This document shows positions 11,198 through 21,000 of a stretch of 64,000 bases of DNA, in pieces (position 1 is the stretch's first letter; every line of letters starts with the position of its first letter). Source of the DNA: Schmidtea nova (lineage: Eukaryota); NCBI GenBank assembly GCA_044892505.1, contig CM097884.1:133796001-133860000 (forward strand), given 5' to 3'. A program made the translations under genes and the position numbers. The notes beneath the pieces are model-generated. The model had not been told where the DNA came from. It did no database searches and saw nothing but the letters and a program-made list of their open reading frames with translations.

Positions 11198-11547
11198 GAG
11201 ATTTGTCCCTTGAAACAAAGGGTTAGGAGATTTGTCCCTTGAAACAAAGGGTTAGGAGATTTGTCCCTTGAAACAAAGGGTTAGGAGATTTGTCCCTTGA
11301 AACAAAGGGTTATGAGATTTGTCCCTTGAAACAAAGGGTTAGGAGATTTGTCCCTTGAAACAAAGGGTTATGAGATTTGTCCCTTGAAACAAAGGGTTAG
11401 GAGATTTGTCCCTTGAAACAAAGGGTTATGAGATTTGTCCCTTGAAACAAAGGGTTATGAGATTTGTCCCTTGAAACAAAGGGTTATGAGATTTGTCCCT
11501 TGAAACAAAGGGTTATTAGCGGTTTGTCCCTTGAAAAAAAGGGTTGA
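11198..11547. repeat. 29-bp tandem array (11 full units plus 1 degenerate); copy at 37921-38270
   Basis: The unit GAGATTTGTCCCTTGAAACAAAGGGTTA(G/T) starts every 29 bp from 11198 to 11488, with no spacers. Confidence 0.95.
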
Positions 11548-11587
11548 GGCCAATGAGCCTTATTGAATGACCTAGCTAGGCGTTATG

Positions 11588-11940
11588 GAGAAATTAAATT
11601 GAGGCCAAGAGAGCCATTTGAGAGATTAAATTGAGGCCAATAGAGCCATTTGAGAGATTAAATTGAGGCCAAGAGAGCCATTTGAGAGATTAAATTGAGG
11701 CCAAGAGAGCCATTTGAGAGATTAAATTGAGGCCAATAGAGCCATTTGAGAGATTAAATTGAGGCCAAGAGAGCCATTTGAGAGATTAAATTGAAGCCAA
11801 GAGAGCCATTTGAGAGATTAACTTTTGAGGCCAAGAGAGCCATGTGAGAGATTAAATTGAGGCCAATAGAGCCATTTGAGAGATTAAATTGAGGCCAATA
11901 GAGCCATGTGAGATATAAAATTAAGGCCAGAAGAGCCATA
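11588..11940. repeat. 32-bp tandem array (about 11 units); copy at about 38311-38661
   Basis: Unit GAGAGATTAAATTGAGGCCAA(G/T)AGAGCCATTT. One unit in copy 1 is 34 bp (about 11822). Confidence 0.95.
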
Positions 11941-12552
11941 GTGAACTATAGATATATCCGGATAAAATAGTAATAGAGGGAATATAGACCCATAGTGTAA
12001 TCGTCGACGAGATTTAGAGTAGTGCGCACCAGTAGTTAAGAGAATGCGAGTAAAGCTGATTATGCAACCTTAGGTAAAGCATGCAAGGAGAATAATAAAA
12101 ATTGGAGCTGACCGGAGAAACCGGCAGAATAGACAAAAGGATAAGTTAGAGACGAATAATGAGTAGAGATGATAAAATAATGATAAACGAGTCAGAAAGA
12201 CTCAGGGAATTAGAGCGCTCGAGCGACCAATAATTTGGGAAACGGTGGGAAAAGTAATTGATTTGATAAAACATAGATAATTATTACGACATAAACAGAT
12301 AATTGTGACCAGTCTATAGATAATTTAAATAGACTAAAAATAAAGGGGAATCTGGGAATTGGGAAATAATGAAAACCCAGTAATAAGTAATCCCGAAAGA
12401 AAGTGAATAAAAGCGCGACGATAACAATAATGTATCGTTGAGGACCTTTGTATTTTAGATATACAAATCAATCAAATCAAGCAATCAAGCAAGAAGAATC
12501 AGAACACGATAAGAGATAGGACAAGAAAATTGAGTATACAAAAGTAATCCCC

Positions 12553-15500
12553 TTGAGAAAAGGAGCAAAGAGTGTCGTAGTAAAGCCAACGGAAAAGAAA
12601 GTCGGTAGCAACATTAACAAAAAAGACAAAACTAGTACTACAACAAAATCAACAAAAAAGCAGAAAGCCGGCAAAGATAACCCACAAGGGAGTAAATCGA
12701 GGAAAATAATAAGAGATAAATCGATTACCGAAAACGATAAATTGTCAATAGTAAGCAACAGCTCAAGTAACAAAGAAAACCAAGCCGAACCCAAGGAGAA
12801 CCAAGCAAGTGAAATAGAGAGCGACGAAACTAACAACAATAATATCGAAGAAATAGAACACGAGATAGAACAAGAAGAAGAAATCGACGAAACTAACAAC
12901 GATAATATCGAAGAAGTAGAAAACGAGGTAGAACCAGAGATAGAAATCAACGCGAGTGATAACGAAAGTATAATATCAGATAACGAAGGAATAAAAGAAA
13001 CAGAAAGCGATTCAAGCTCGAGTAAAACGGAAGACGAACATAACAACGAACTAGAAACAAGAGGAAACGAAAGTAAAATAACTCAAGACAGCGGAATTGA
13101 AATGGGTGAACCAAGAGAAGAAATAAAGGATAAATTTTCAGGAGAACCGTTTAACGGAGATGCGAGTAAATTAGAAACCTTTTTAAAAGAATTTGGCATA
13201 TTCGTGGAGGTATGCAAGTGGAAAGCTGAAACAACGGTAAGCAGAATTCAGTTATATTTGAAAGATAGTGCATTGGACCTATATTTGGAAGCGAAAAATG
13301 GTACCAATCCACCTACAAGCTGGACAGCGATAAAGGATTTTTTCCAACAAACATTTGGAATAAATAAAGTGCTGAGCGAGGCATTCATAGAATTCTCAAT
13401 GAGGAAACAAAAGATGAATGAATCTAATGCGGTATACGCGAGCGAACTGAAAAAATTAGCAAAATCGGTATTCAAGGATGGAGGCCCAATAAACGAGGAG
13501 TTAATGGCAGCTATCTTCATAGGAGGACTAAAAAGACCCGACATAAGAGCGCAAGTAGGATGTCAAGGATGCAAAACCATAGATCAAGCGTTAGAAACAG
13601 CTAACCGATTTGAATTGCATATGATAGGAAGTGAGGGCAGAATTTATTTAGCCATGGACACAGCACAAACCGAACCAGAGGTAAATCTCAACAATCACAT
13701 TCCAAATTCGCAACAATTAAACCGACCACCCCCTCAACGAAGGAATGAAGGAAATAAAGTGCAGAACTTTGGAAACCAAAACAATTACAACCCTCAAGGA
13801 CAAACAAAACAATGTAAAACATGCGGGAAGTTGGGACACTGGCAACAAGAATGCTATCAAATTTTGAATTGCGGAAAATGTGGAGTTAAAGGACATTCGG
13901 AGAGTAGATGTTCTACAATAATCTGTTTTAATTGCGGACGACCTGGTCACTATTCAAGAAATTGCGGACAAAAAAGTAATCAACGAGGAAACTGGCAGAG
14001 TAATGGGAACCGACCAAATTACGGAAATCAAGCAAATACCGTAAACCGACCAGATTATGGAAACCAACAAAACAACAATAACAATAATCAGAACAAAACT
14101 ACCACCAAAGAAATTCATTTGATGCAAGAAGTTCAAAGGTTGACGGAACTGATAAACAACACGGCGAGAGGAAATCCGCAAATCAATCCACAACAAATTA
14201 GCATGATGAGAAAGATAGAAAGCGAAAACGAACTATTAAATCGAGAAAGTCAGGCACGACACGCTCAGGAATGGGCAAGAATACAAAGGGAAGATGAACA
14301 AAAACAACAAGAAAGAGAACGACAACCTCTAAGAATTAACATGCTAAGAGCAACAAACCAAACAGACACTCGCGAGAAAGAAACCACACTGGAAATGAAT
14401 TCGATAGACCCGAATCCAGCCGACAACAAAAGTCAAAAGGAGATAGTACAAAAAGATGAGGAAGTAGAAAAAGAAACAGAAAAGGAAGTGGAAACTGAGA
14501 TAAACCAGGAAGAGAGAAGAAAAATTTGGAAAAAAGGAATGATGGTAATCATGCCCAACGACCATATGTTTCGATTCCAATATAACGCAAAAGAAAAGGT
14601 GGAAATACTGTTCAATAAAGTAAACCAGATGATTCCAGGAGTGACAAAACTGCCCAGAGAAGCGTTCTTACAAATAGGAGATGCACCATCAGTAAAATTG
14701 AAATTAACGGATATATGGGAAAACGTGGGAGTAACAGAGACAAAAAGAAATGTGATGAGAATTAAAGAAATAGAACCAGAAGAAATTCCACCACCAATAC
14801 GTCACGAAACCCGAATCCGGCGAATATTTGAAGGAAAAATGATAAGAAGACGTTTAAAAGAGATAGACGAGTTGGGAAAGAAAATGGAAAAAGTCGAAGT
14901 AATAGAGGATAAGAGTGAACCAACACCAGAAATTGACAAAAACGAACCAGAACCAACGGAGAATATACAAGGGGAAACGAACCAAACAGCACATATTAAT
15001 ATGCTAAGAAATACCACCAGAGAGTTCTCCGATGAGGAAGAAGATAGTGACATCAGTAGCCTAGCAGGAGACATATTAAACGAATCCGAAGACGAAAATA
15101 AAGAGAGAGAAGTAATAAAGACCTCAGAACCTACACAGATAAAAGTAGATGAAATCCAGAAATTACTAGATAACTCGCTAGAGGTAATATATAACGAAGA
15201 GTTCATGGACAAGAAACAATATCGGAAATTCATGAAAGCATTATTACAAATGAACTACAAAGAATGGTTACAAGACCGGGAAGTAGACATGTTGAATCGA
15301 TACGTAGGGAAATTAATAGAGGAACCACTCCTCAATTACACCATCTCAATAATAATAAATACATCTACACCAAGAATCTGGATCAAAACTCCATTTACAG
15401 ACGATATCTACAGATGGGTAGAGGATAGACTAGGGAGCTCATATAAAAACAAATTCATCTATTCGCAGAATAGACTCGTAAAGAAAAGAACTCACTTAGT

Positions 15501-18087
15501 AGAAACAGGTATATGGCCAGGAGAAATAACCCTGTTATCAATATGTGATGAAAAAGAAGAAGAGAACCTACAAGAAGTTGCAAGGGAAGCAAACGCGTGC
15601 TTCGAAAGGAGAATAAAACCACGGTTAGAATACGAGAAAGAACGAGTTTTGCGAAAGAATCTAAATTCCCTGATAGAACAAATCATACCACAAGTCAAAA
15701 AACATAGAAAAGAGTTAATGAGAAACGAATACGAGAAATTGAAACGATGTATTGAGTGCATACGTGACACAAGCCACACGAGATGGTCACAGATCTCACA
15801 CGACAAATTAATCGCAAAAATGGGAAAAACAATGTTTAGACAAGGGAAAATAACAGATCTAAAAATTTCAGTAGCATTACCTAATGAGGACACCAAAGAA
15901 ATTGAAGTGGTAGCGGATTGCACCATTAAAGAATTAATAAATGTCATCAATGAGACACTAGTGCAAAGAGAACCAGAAGACGAATGGGAAGACGACATAA
16001 TCATACAATACAACGAACATGTATTATGGGATCACGATGAGAGACGACTATATAAAATCGGTATATGGGATAATCACCAAACAATCCACGTTAGCAGAAT
16101 GGACGATACACCAAGGGAAACTGCTAAAGATGAGAAAAGAGAACGGGAACGACGGAAAGAAGTTGTGCGTAAATTACAACAAATAGTAGAAATTTATCGA
16201 AATTGGCGAATTTGGCCAGAGTGGGAAAATGTATTAGAAGAACTCAATCTCAACAGACGAATACGAACACCCGTAGAAAAACAATGGAACGAGAAAGGAA
16301 AATGTTGGGAACCAAAAGAAGGAGAATATGAAGAAGAATATAAAAGAGGGATAGAAGATGACCGCGAACCAGAGATAGGAAGAGTTTGCATGGTAACAAG
16401 GAAAGCTACGCCAATAGACCTAGATGGACCAGAAACAGCGGCCATGTGGTTAGAAAGGGAAAAGCAAAAAACGGAAGAATTTGTCGAAATATTGAAAACT
16501 AATGCGCACGGTAAGAGAAAATTAATAAAGGGTCTCGCAGATTTTTTCGTGGTAAATGGGGAGGATATAACATGCTTGCGTAAAGTAGCAAAAGCAATCG
16601 CGGAATATAAAAGAGTTAACGAGTGGTGCCCGGAACAACTAGACCACGTAATTAGGAAATGGAGAAATCAAGAATTCTCGCAAGAAATTCCACAGAAAGT
16701 ACATTTAAGAATAATATATCCAAACAAGGATAAGGAAGAGTTGTGGGTAGGAATAGCAGAAAAAATTCGAGATATCAAAAAGAAATTGAGATACGAACCA
16801 CCATTCCATTTACAACACCAAGGACGATCATTAGATAACAGTTTAGAAATTGGAATAACGCCAGCACAACTAGATCTCATGAATACCTTGACAGTAGAAG
16901 CAATAGCAGGTCAACCATTGAAACATAAAGAAGAAAACCATAAACCACACGGAAGTATAAGTACGCCGAGCCCGATGAAATCAGTATTAACACCAGGGAC
17001 AAGTTCGAGACGATCTGAGACAACACCCAGAGGAACCAGAGAAAGGACTCCACCACAACCATACGACGTGGACGAAATCCTAACAGATAGCGATGATATG
17101 ATAGAAGAATTAACTGAATTAACAAAGGAAAAAGACGATAACATTTTCGAAAGAATACAAGAATTACCTACGACAATACAAGTAACCAACACCGGAGAAA
17201 CAGAAGTCGAAGAAGAAATAATAATAGAAGAAGTAAACGATCTGACAGAAGACGAAACGAGAAGAGCAAATGTCGAAAATGTACAATTAACACAAGAAAT
17301 GGAAAGATGGTTAGAAGAAAGAGCTAACGAACCAAGAGATGTCACGGAAGAAACCGGACGGGCAACAAGATTTGTGGAAACAGGCACAGGAATGGATAAA
17401 CGACCTAGAGGTAGACCTAAGACAGACCCAGCAACTGTAGTTGTAAGAAATAAAGACGAAAAGAGACAAGATCAATGGGAATTATGTTTAAGGAAACTAA
17501 ATAAAATTGCGGAGATGAAAGAAAAAGAGACAACACCAATATGTCAAGGGGAGGAATGGATATCAAAAACAATAATGGAAATATTGGCAATAATTGATCC
17601 GGAATTGAGAAAATACTGGCGGATAACTGAGATAAGCGAAAAGGCGAAGTCACTACACAGCGCAATCGCACCCATCCTACCAGAATTCATAAAAGAAAAG
17701 ACGAAGTCAAATCATTTAGACTGGCAAGGAACCACGATGTTAATAAAGAAATTGACAGAAGGAGCGGAAACTGATAATAAATACGTAATAGCCATCGCAT
17801 ACACGATCTACAATCTATTAGCACTGAGTAGAGGTCGACCAAAACCCACTGCATTAGAGAGACATATAAAAAATACCGCAAAGATTATAGCTAGAGAAAT
17901 AGAACCTCACGTTATTAACAAAGGAGGATGGGAAACATTTATAAAAACTAACCAGAAGAAAACGCAAGCCAAGAATATGAAAAAGAAATTCGAAAGAATT
18001 AGGAAAAGAACAAGCAGGAACAGGAAACACGAAGCCATCAATGAATTTGAGTTCTATAATAATTATGATGTTGATATGGATGATTAG
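12553..18087 (+). CDS. gag: Unit 1 Gag-containing polyprotein (Gag, 3 CCHC, Ubl-like x3, AT-hook, Bcl-2-like), truncated by an 11-bp deletion
   Basis: Retrotransposon Gag core from about 13120 and knuckles at 13813-13965. It diverges from the unit 2 ORF after 17999. The ORF-track start is TTG; the first ATG is at 13102. Confidence 0.85.
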   Translation: MRKGAKSVVVKPTEKKVGSNINKKDKTSTTTKSTKKQKAGKDNPQGSKSRKIIRDKSITENDKLSIVSNSSSNKENQAEPKENQASEIESDETNNNNIEEIEHEIEQEEEIDETNNDNIEEVENEVEPEIEINASDNESIISDNEGIKETESDSSSSKTEDEHNNELETRGNESKITQDSGIEMGEPREEIKDKFSGEPFNGDASKLETFLKEFGIFVEVCKWKAETTVSRIQLYLKDSALDLYLEAKNGTNPPTSWTAIKDFFQQTFGINKVLSEAFIEFSMRKQKMNESNAVYASELKKLAKSVFKDGGPINEELMAAIFIGGLKRPDIRAQVGCQGCKTIDQALETANRFELHMIGSEGRIYLAMDTAQTEPEVNLNNHIPNSQQLNRPPPQRRNEGNKVQNFGNQNNYNPQGQTKQCKTCGKLGHWQQECYQILNCGKCGVKGHSESRCSTIICFNCGRPGHYSRNCGQKSNQRGNWQSNGNRPNYGNQANTVNRPDYGNQQNNNNNNQNKTTTKEIHLMQEVQRLTELINNTARGNPQINPQQISMMRKIESENELLNRESQARHAQEWARIQREDEQKQQERERQPLRINMLRATNQTDTREKETTLEMNSIDPNPADNKSQKEIVQKDEEVEKETEKEVETEINQEERRKIWKKGMMVIMPNDHMFRFQYNAKEKVEILFNKVNQMIPGVTKLPREAFLQIGDAPSVKLKLTDIWENVGVTETKRNVMRIKEIEPEEIPPPIRHETRIRRIFEGKMIRRRLKEIDELGKKMEKVEVIEDKSEPTPEIDKNEPEPTENIQGETNQTAHINMLRNTTREFSDEEEDSDISSLAGDILNESEDENKEREVIKTSEPTQIKVDEIQKLLDNSLEVIYNEEFMDKKQYRKFMKALLQMNYKEWLQDREVDMLNRYVGKLIEEPLLNYTISIIINTSTPRIWIKTPFTDDIYRWVEDRLGSSYKNKFIYSQNRLVKKRTHLVETGIWPGEITLLSICDEKEEENLQEVAREANACFERRIKPRLEYEKERVLRKNLNSLIEQIIPQVKKHRKELMRNEYEKLKRCIECIRDTSHTRWSQISHDKLIAKMGKTMFRQGKITDLKISVALPNEDTKEIEVVADCTIKELINVINETLVQREPEDEWEDDIIIQYNEHVLWDHDERRLYKIGIWDNHQTIHVSRMDDTPRETAKDEKRERERRKEVVRKLQQIVEIYRNWRIWPEWENVLEELNLNRRIRTPVEKQWNEKGKCWEPKEGEYEEEYKRGIEDDREPEIGRVCMVTRKATPIDLDGPETAAMWLEREKQKTEEFVEILKTNAHGKRKLIKGLADFFVVNGEDITCLRKVAKAIAEYKRVNEWCPEQLDHVIRKWRNQEFSQEIPQKVHLRIIYPNKDKEELWVGIAEKIRDIKKKLRYEPPFHLQHQGRSLDNSLEIGITPAQLDLMNTLTVEAIAGQPLKHKEENHKPHGSISTPSPMKSVLTPGTSSRRSETTPRGTRERTPPQPYDVDEILTDSDDMIEELTELTKEKDDNIFERIQELPTTIQVTNTGETEVEEEIIIEEVNDLTEDETRRANVENVQLTQEMERWLEERANEPRDVTEETGRATRFVETGTGMDKRPRGRPKTDPATVVVRNKDEKRQDQWELCLRKLNKIAEMKEKETTPICQGEEWISKTIMEILAIIDPELRKYWRITEISEKAKSLHSAIAPILPEFIKEKTKSNHLDWQGTTMLIKKLTEGAETDNKYVIAIAYTIYNLLALSRGRPKPTALERHIKNTAKIIAREIEPHVINKGGWETFIKTNQKKTQAKNMKKKFERIRKRTSRNRKHEAINEFEFYNNYDVDMDD

Positions 18088-21000
18088 CACCGATAGCGCA
18101 ACAGCATTCGAAGTGTTTGATTGCGACCAAATGAAGTTAGGAGAAAAGTATTCATTGAGGGGTACGGAGCAATGCAAAGATGCAACTCCAGTAGAGTTAC
18201 AAAAGATTAAAAAGGAACAATGGTACCACGTGTATCAAGAAGCAGAACTCATAAAGACAATGGTGAATGAATGTAAGGTGCAGAAGACGAGATTCGCTTT
18301 CTACTGCGGGAGAGGACATTATTCAGCAATTGTCATGCCAGGAACGGAAAGAGAACCAATCGTGTTACAAGGAGAAGACTGCGAAGCACTGTTTAAACAC
18401 GGAGAAGTAACAACAAGAGATAAAATCAAGATAAGAGGAAAGCCAGGAATGATGATGCAACAGACGTACTATGTAGCAGGACGGATTACGGGAGGAGAAG
18501 GATATTGTCAAGGAGAAACCTACCCGATATTCGGAGTACCCGCAACCAACTTAGTGGTGATGGATACGTACATAGTCGAACTAAAAAGCTACGAAGCATT
18601 CTTTGAACCCACAACGGGAGAAATGAAAACGTTATCCATGTGTAAAATCGACAGGAGCATGTGTCAAACGGGAATGTCAACATTAGTGTACAAACCAAAG
18701 GTAAACGAATGTCAGTTACAACTGCTACAAGGAGCAAAGTTCGACGAAATCCAAGGAAAAACGTTCCAGGAAGAAGACGATGACGACAAAGATAGAGCAA
18801 AGCATCTCAAGGAAGCTTTAGAGAATAAAAGACAACTGAAACCGGATCATAGAGAAAAACGAATAGAGATGAGAGCCACACCAACAGTATTGATAACCAC
18901 AAATCAGGATGTGGGAATGAGGTTCATAAAAGGGAAAGCAACCCTTAAGTGTAGTACAACGGTATACGAAACGAATTACCCAGGAATATATGTGTCAAAA
19001 CAAGAAGTGCCGAATGCGAAACCCAAAATCGACACAATGGATATCAAACTACACTTGTATGTGAATAATAAAATGGATTTCCTATTCCATAGAGGACAAG
19101 CCTCATTACAAAAAGTGTACTACGATCTAATAAACAATGATTGTATACTGAATCGAGAAATATTAAAGACAAAGTTGGCCGTGGCGATTACGAATCCAGA
19201 TAGAGCGATGCCATTATTACCACTGAGAGAAGGACATTTCGGAAGAGTGGTCGGAGAAGCAATGTACGTATACATTTGCGAAAAAACACACGCGTCGCTA
19301 GCAGCAACAACACAGTTGAAACCTGGAACCTGTACAAATGAGTTAGAAATCGATTACAAAGGAAAAGTACGATACGTTCAACCGGTGACGAGAATCATCA
19401 ATCCACCAGGGTTTGAACCAAATCCATTCAACTGTAGTAATGCGTACGGACCGCTCTATCAGAAACCAGATGGTAGATGGGTTATGTTCCCAGGAAGATC
19501 CGAAGTGATAGCACCAAGAGAATTCGAGCTAATGCAGTTGTCAAAGGATAGGCAATTCAGCGACGTAGATGTCTCAAACAACGGAATATATAGTCCGAAA
19601 GATTTAGAAGCAGCAAGGCAGAATATATTATTTCCAGCGAGAAGAGAAGCATTACTGTCAAATATCGTAACGATAACGGGAGGAACGAATTATCGAGAAG
19701 GACCGAATTATGAACTGTTGTTGTCACCAGCACATTTCAAGAAAGCCACCGAAAACATGATGAAAGCAATGTGGGGAAGATTCTTGATATTCGGACAAAT
19801 GATGGCTGGAATACTGGGGGTTATATTAATAATCCAAATCGTCAGAGTGATAATAACGCAAATGCTCGCGTGTTTTGACATCTACAAGAGAGAAAAGAAA
19901 GTGAATTGGAAAATGGTAGTAGGGTTTTTACCATTCCTTGCGAAAACGATGGTGTTACACGGGCACTCAAAAGATATCCACCGAATAAAAAGACTCCTAA
20001 AGATATTAGCAAAAATGAAGGGAACAGATGAAGAAGTAGGACGAAAATTTAAAAAGATAATGAACGACGAACAAGCAAGACAACAGCTCAAGAGAGAAAG
20101 AAAAGGTTTATGGGAGAGGATGAAAGGATATAAAACCCAAAATGATTCGAGTGACGACGATGATGACGATGACGACTATAAGGGAGGACAAGTGTATAAG
20201 AACCAAGCACCACAATACATCGAAAAGAATCCAGCCGACGCATGGAAATGTTACGCACCTCCACCAACAATGTATCAAGAACCACTACAAGGGGGAAAAA
20301 ATAGCACGATGCAAATGATGCCAATGACAAATGTATACCCCATGATACCAGAAGATTATAAAATGAGAAGATGTAGAAGCGTAGATCCACAAGGAGATAC
20401 ACACACGATCGCAGTAATGTCATCCAACACAGGTCCAGTACTAACCACGACAATAGAGATTAACGGAAGAGAAATCGAAGCAATGATCGACACGGGAGCA
20501 AACATTTCCGCCATCGACATCAAATGGATACCACAAGAGCAAAGACGGGAAATAGAAAGGACAAACGTCCATGTAATTGCATGTAGCAAAGAAGTTGTAG
20601 AAGTAGCAGGAAGATGGTGGGTAAAAATACGCCACTTAAATACAGAAATCGATACGTACGTAGCAGTCATACCAGCGTTAAGTGTACCTTGCATCATCGG
20701 AACAGATTTGATGCCAGCATTATTTAAAGAAATTGTAATCGATCTCGGAACAATGAGACTGAAAGATCGCACAGGGCAGATATGCGCAATAGAAGCTAAA
20801 GTGACGAGTTCAAAGCAAATGATCATACCCGCAAGAAAGGAAAAAATATGTTATGTAAAAATAGATCCGACAATCCAAGGGGATATGATTTTCGAACCAA
20901 GTAAAAGATTCGAGAAAAGAAAAGCGTTGCCAATGGCAAGAGGATTAGTCAACATAAATGACAATGGAGAAATCCCAATAAATATGGTAAATTTCGACGA

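Noticed and set aside
11198-11940. 29-bp and 32-bp arrays as CRISPR loci
   Set aside because: The units are head-to-tail with no unique spacers, there are no cas genes, and the context is a eukaryotic retroelement.
18041-18087. Programmed ribosomal frameshift between the two unit 1 ORFs
   Set aside because: Unit 2 is continuous and has 11 extra bp here, so the overlap is a deletion product.
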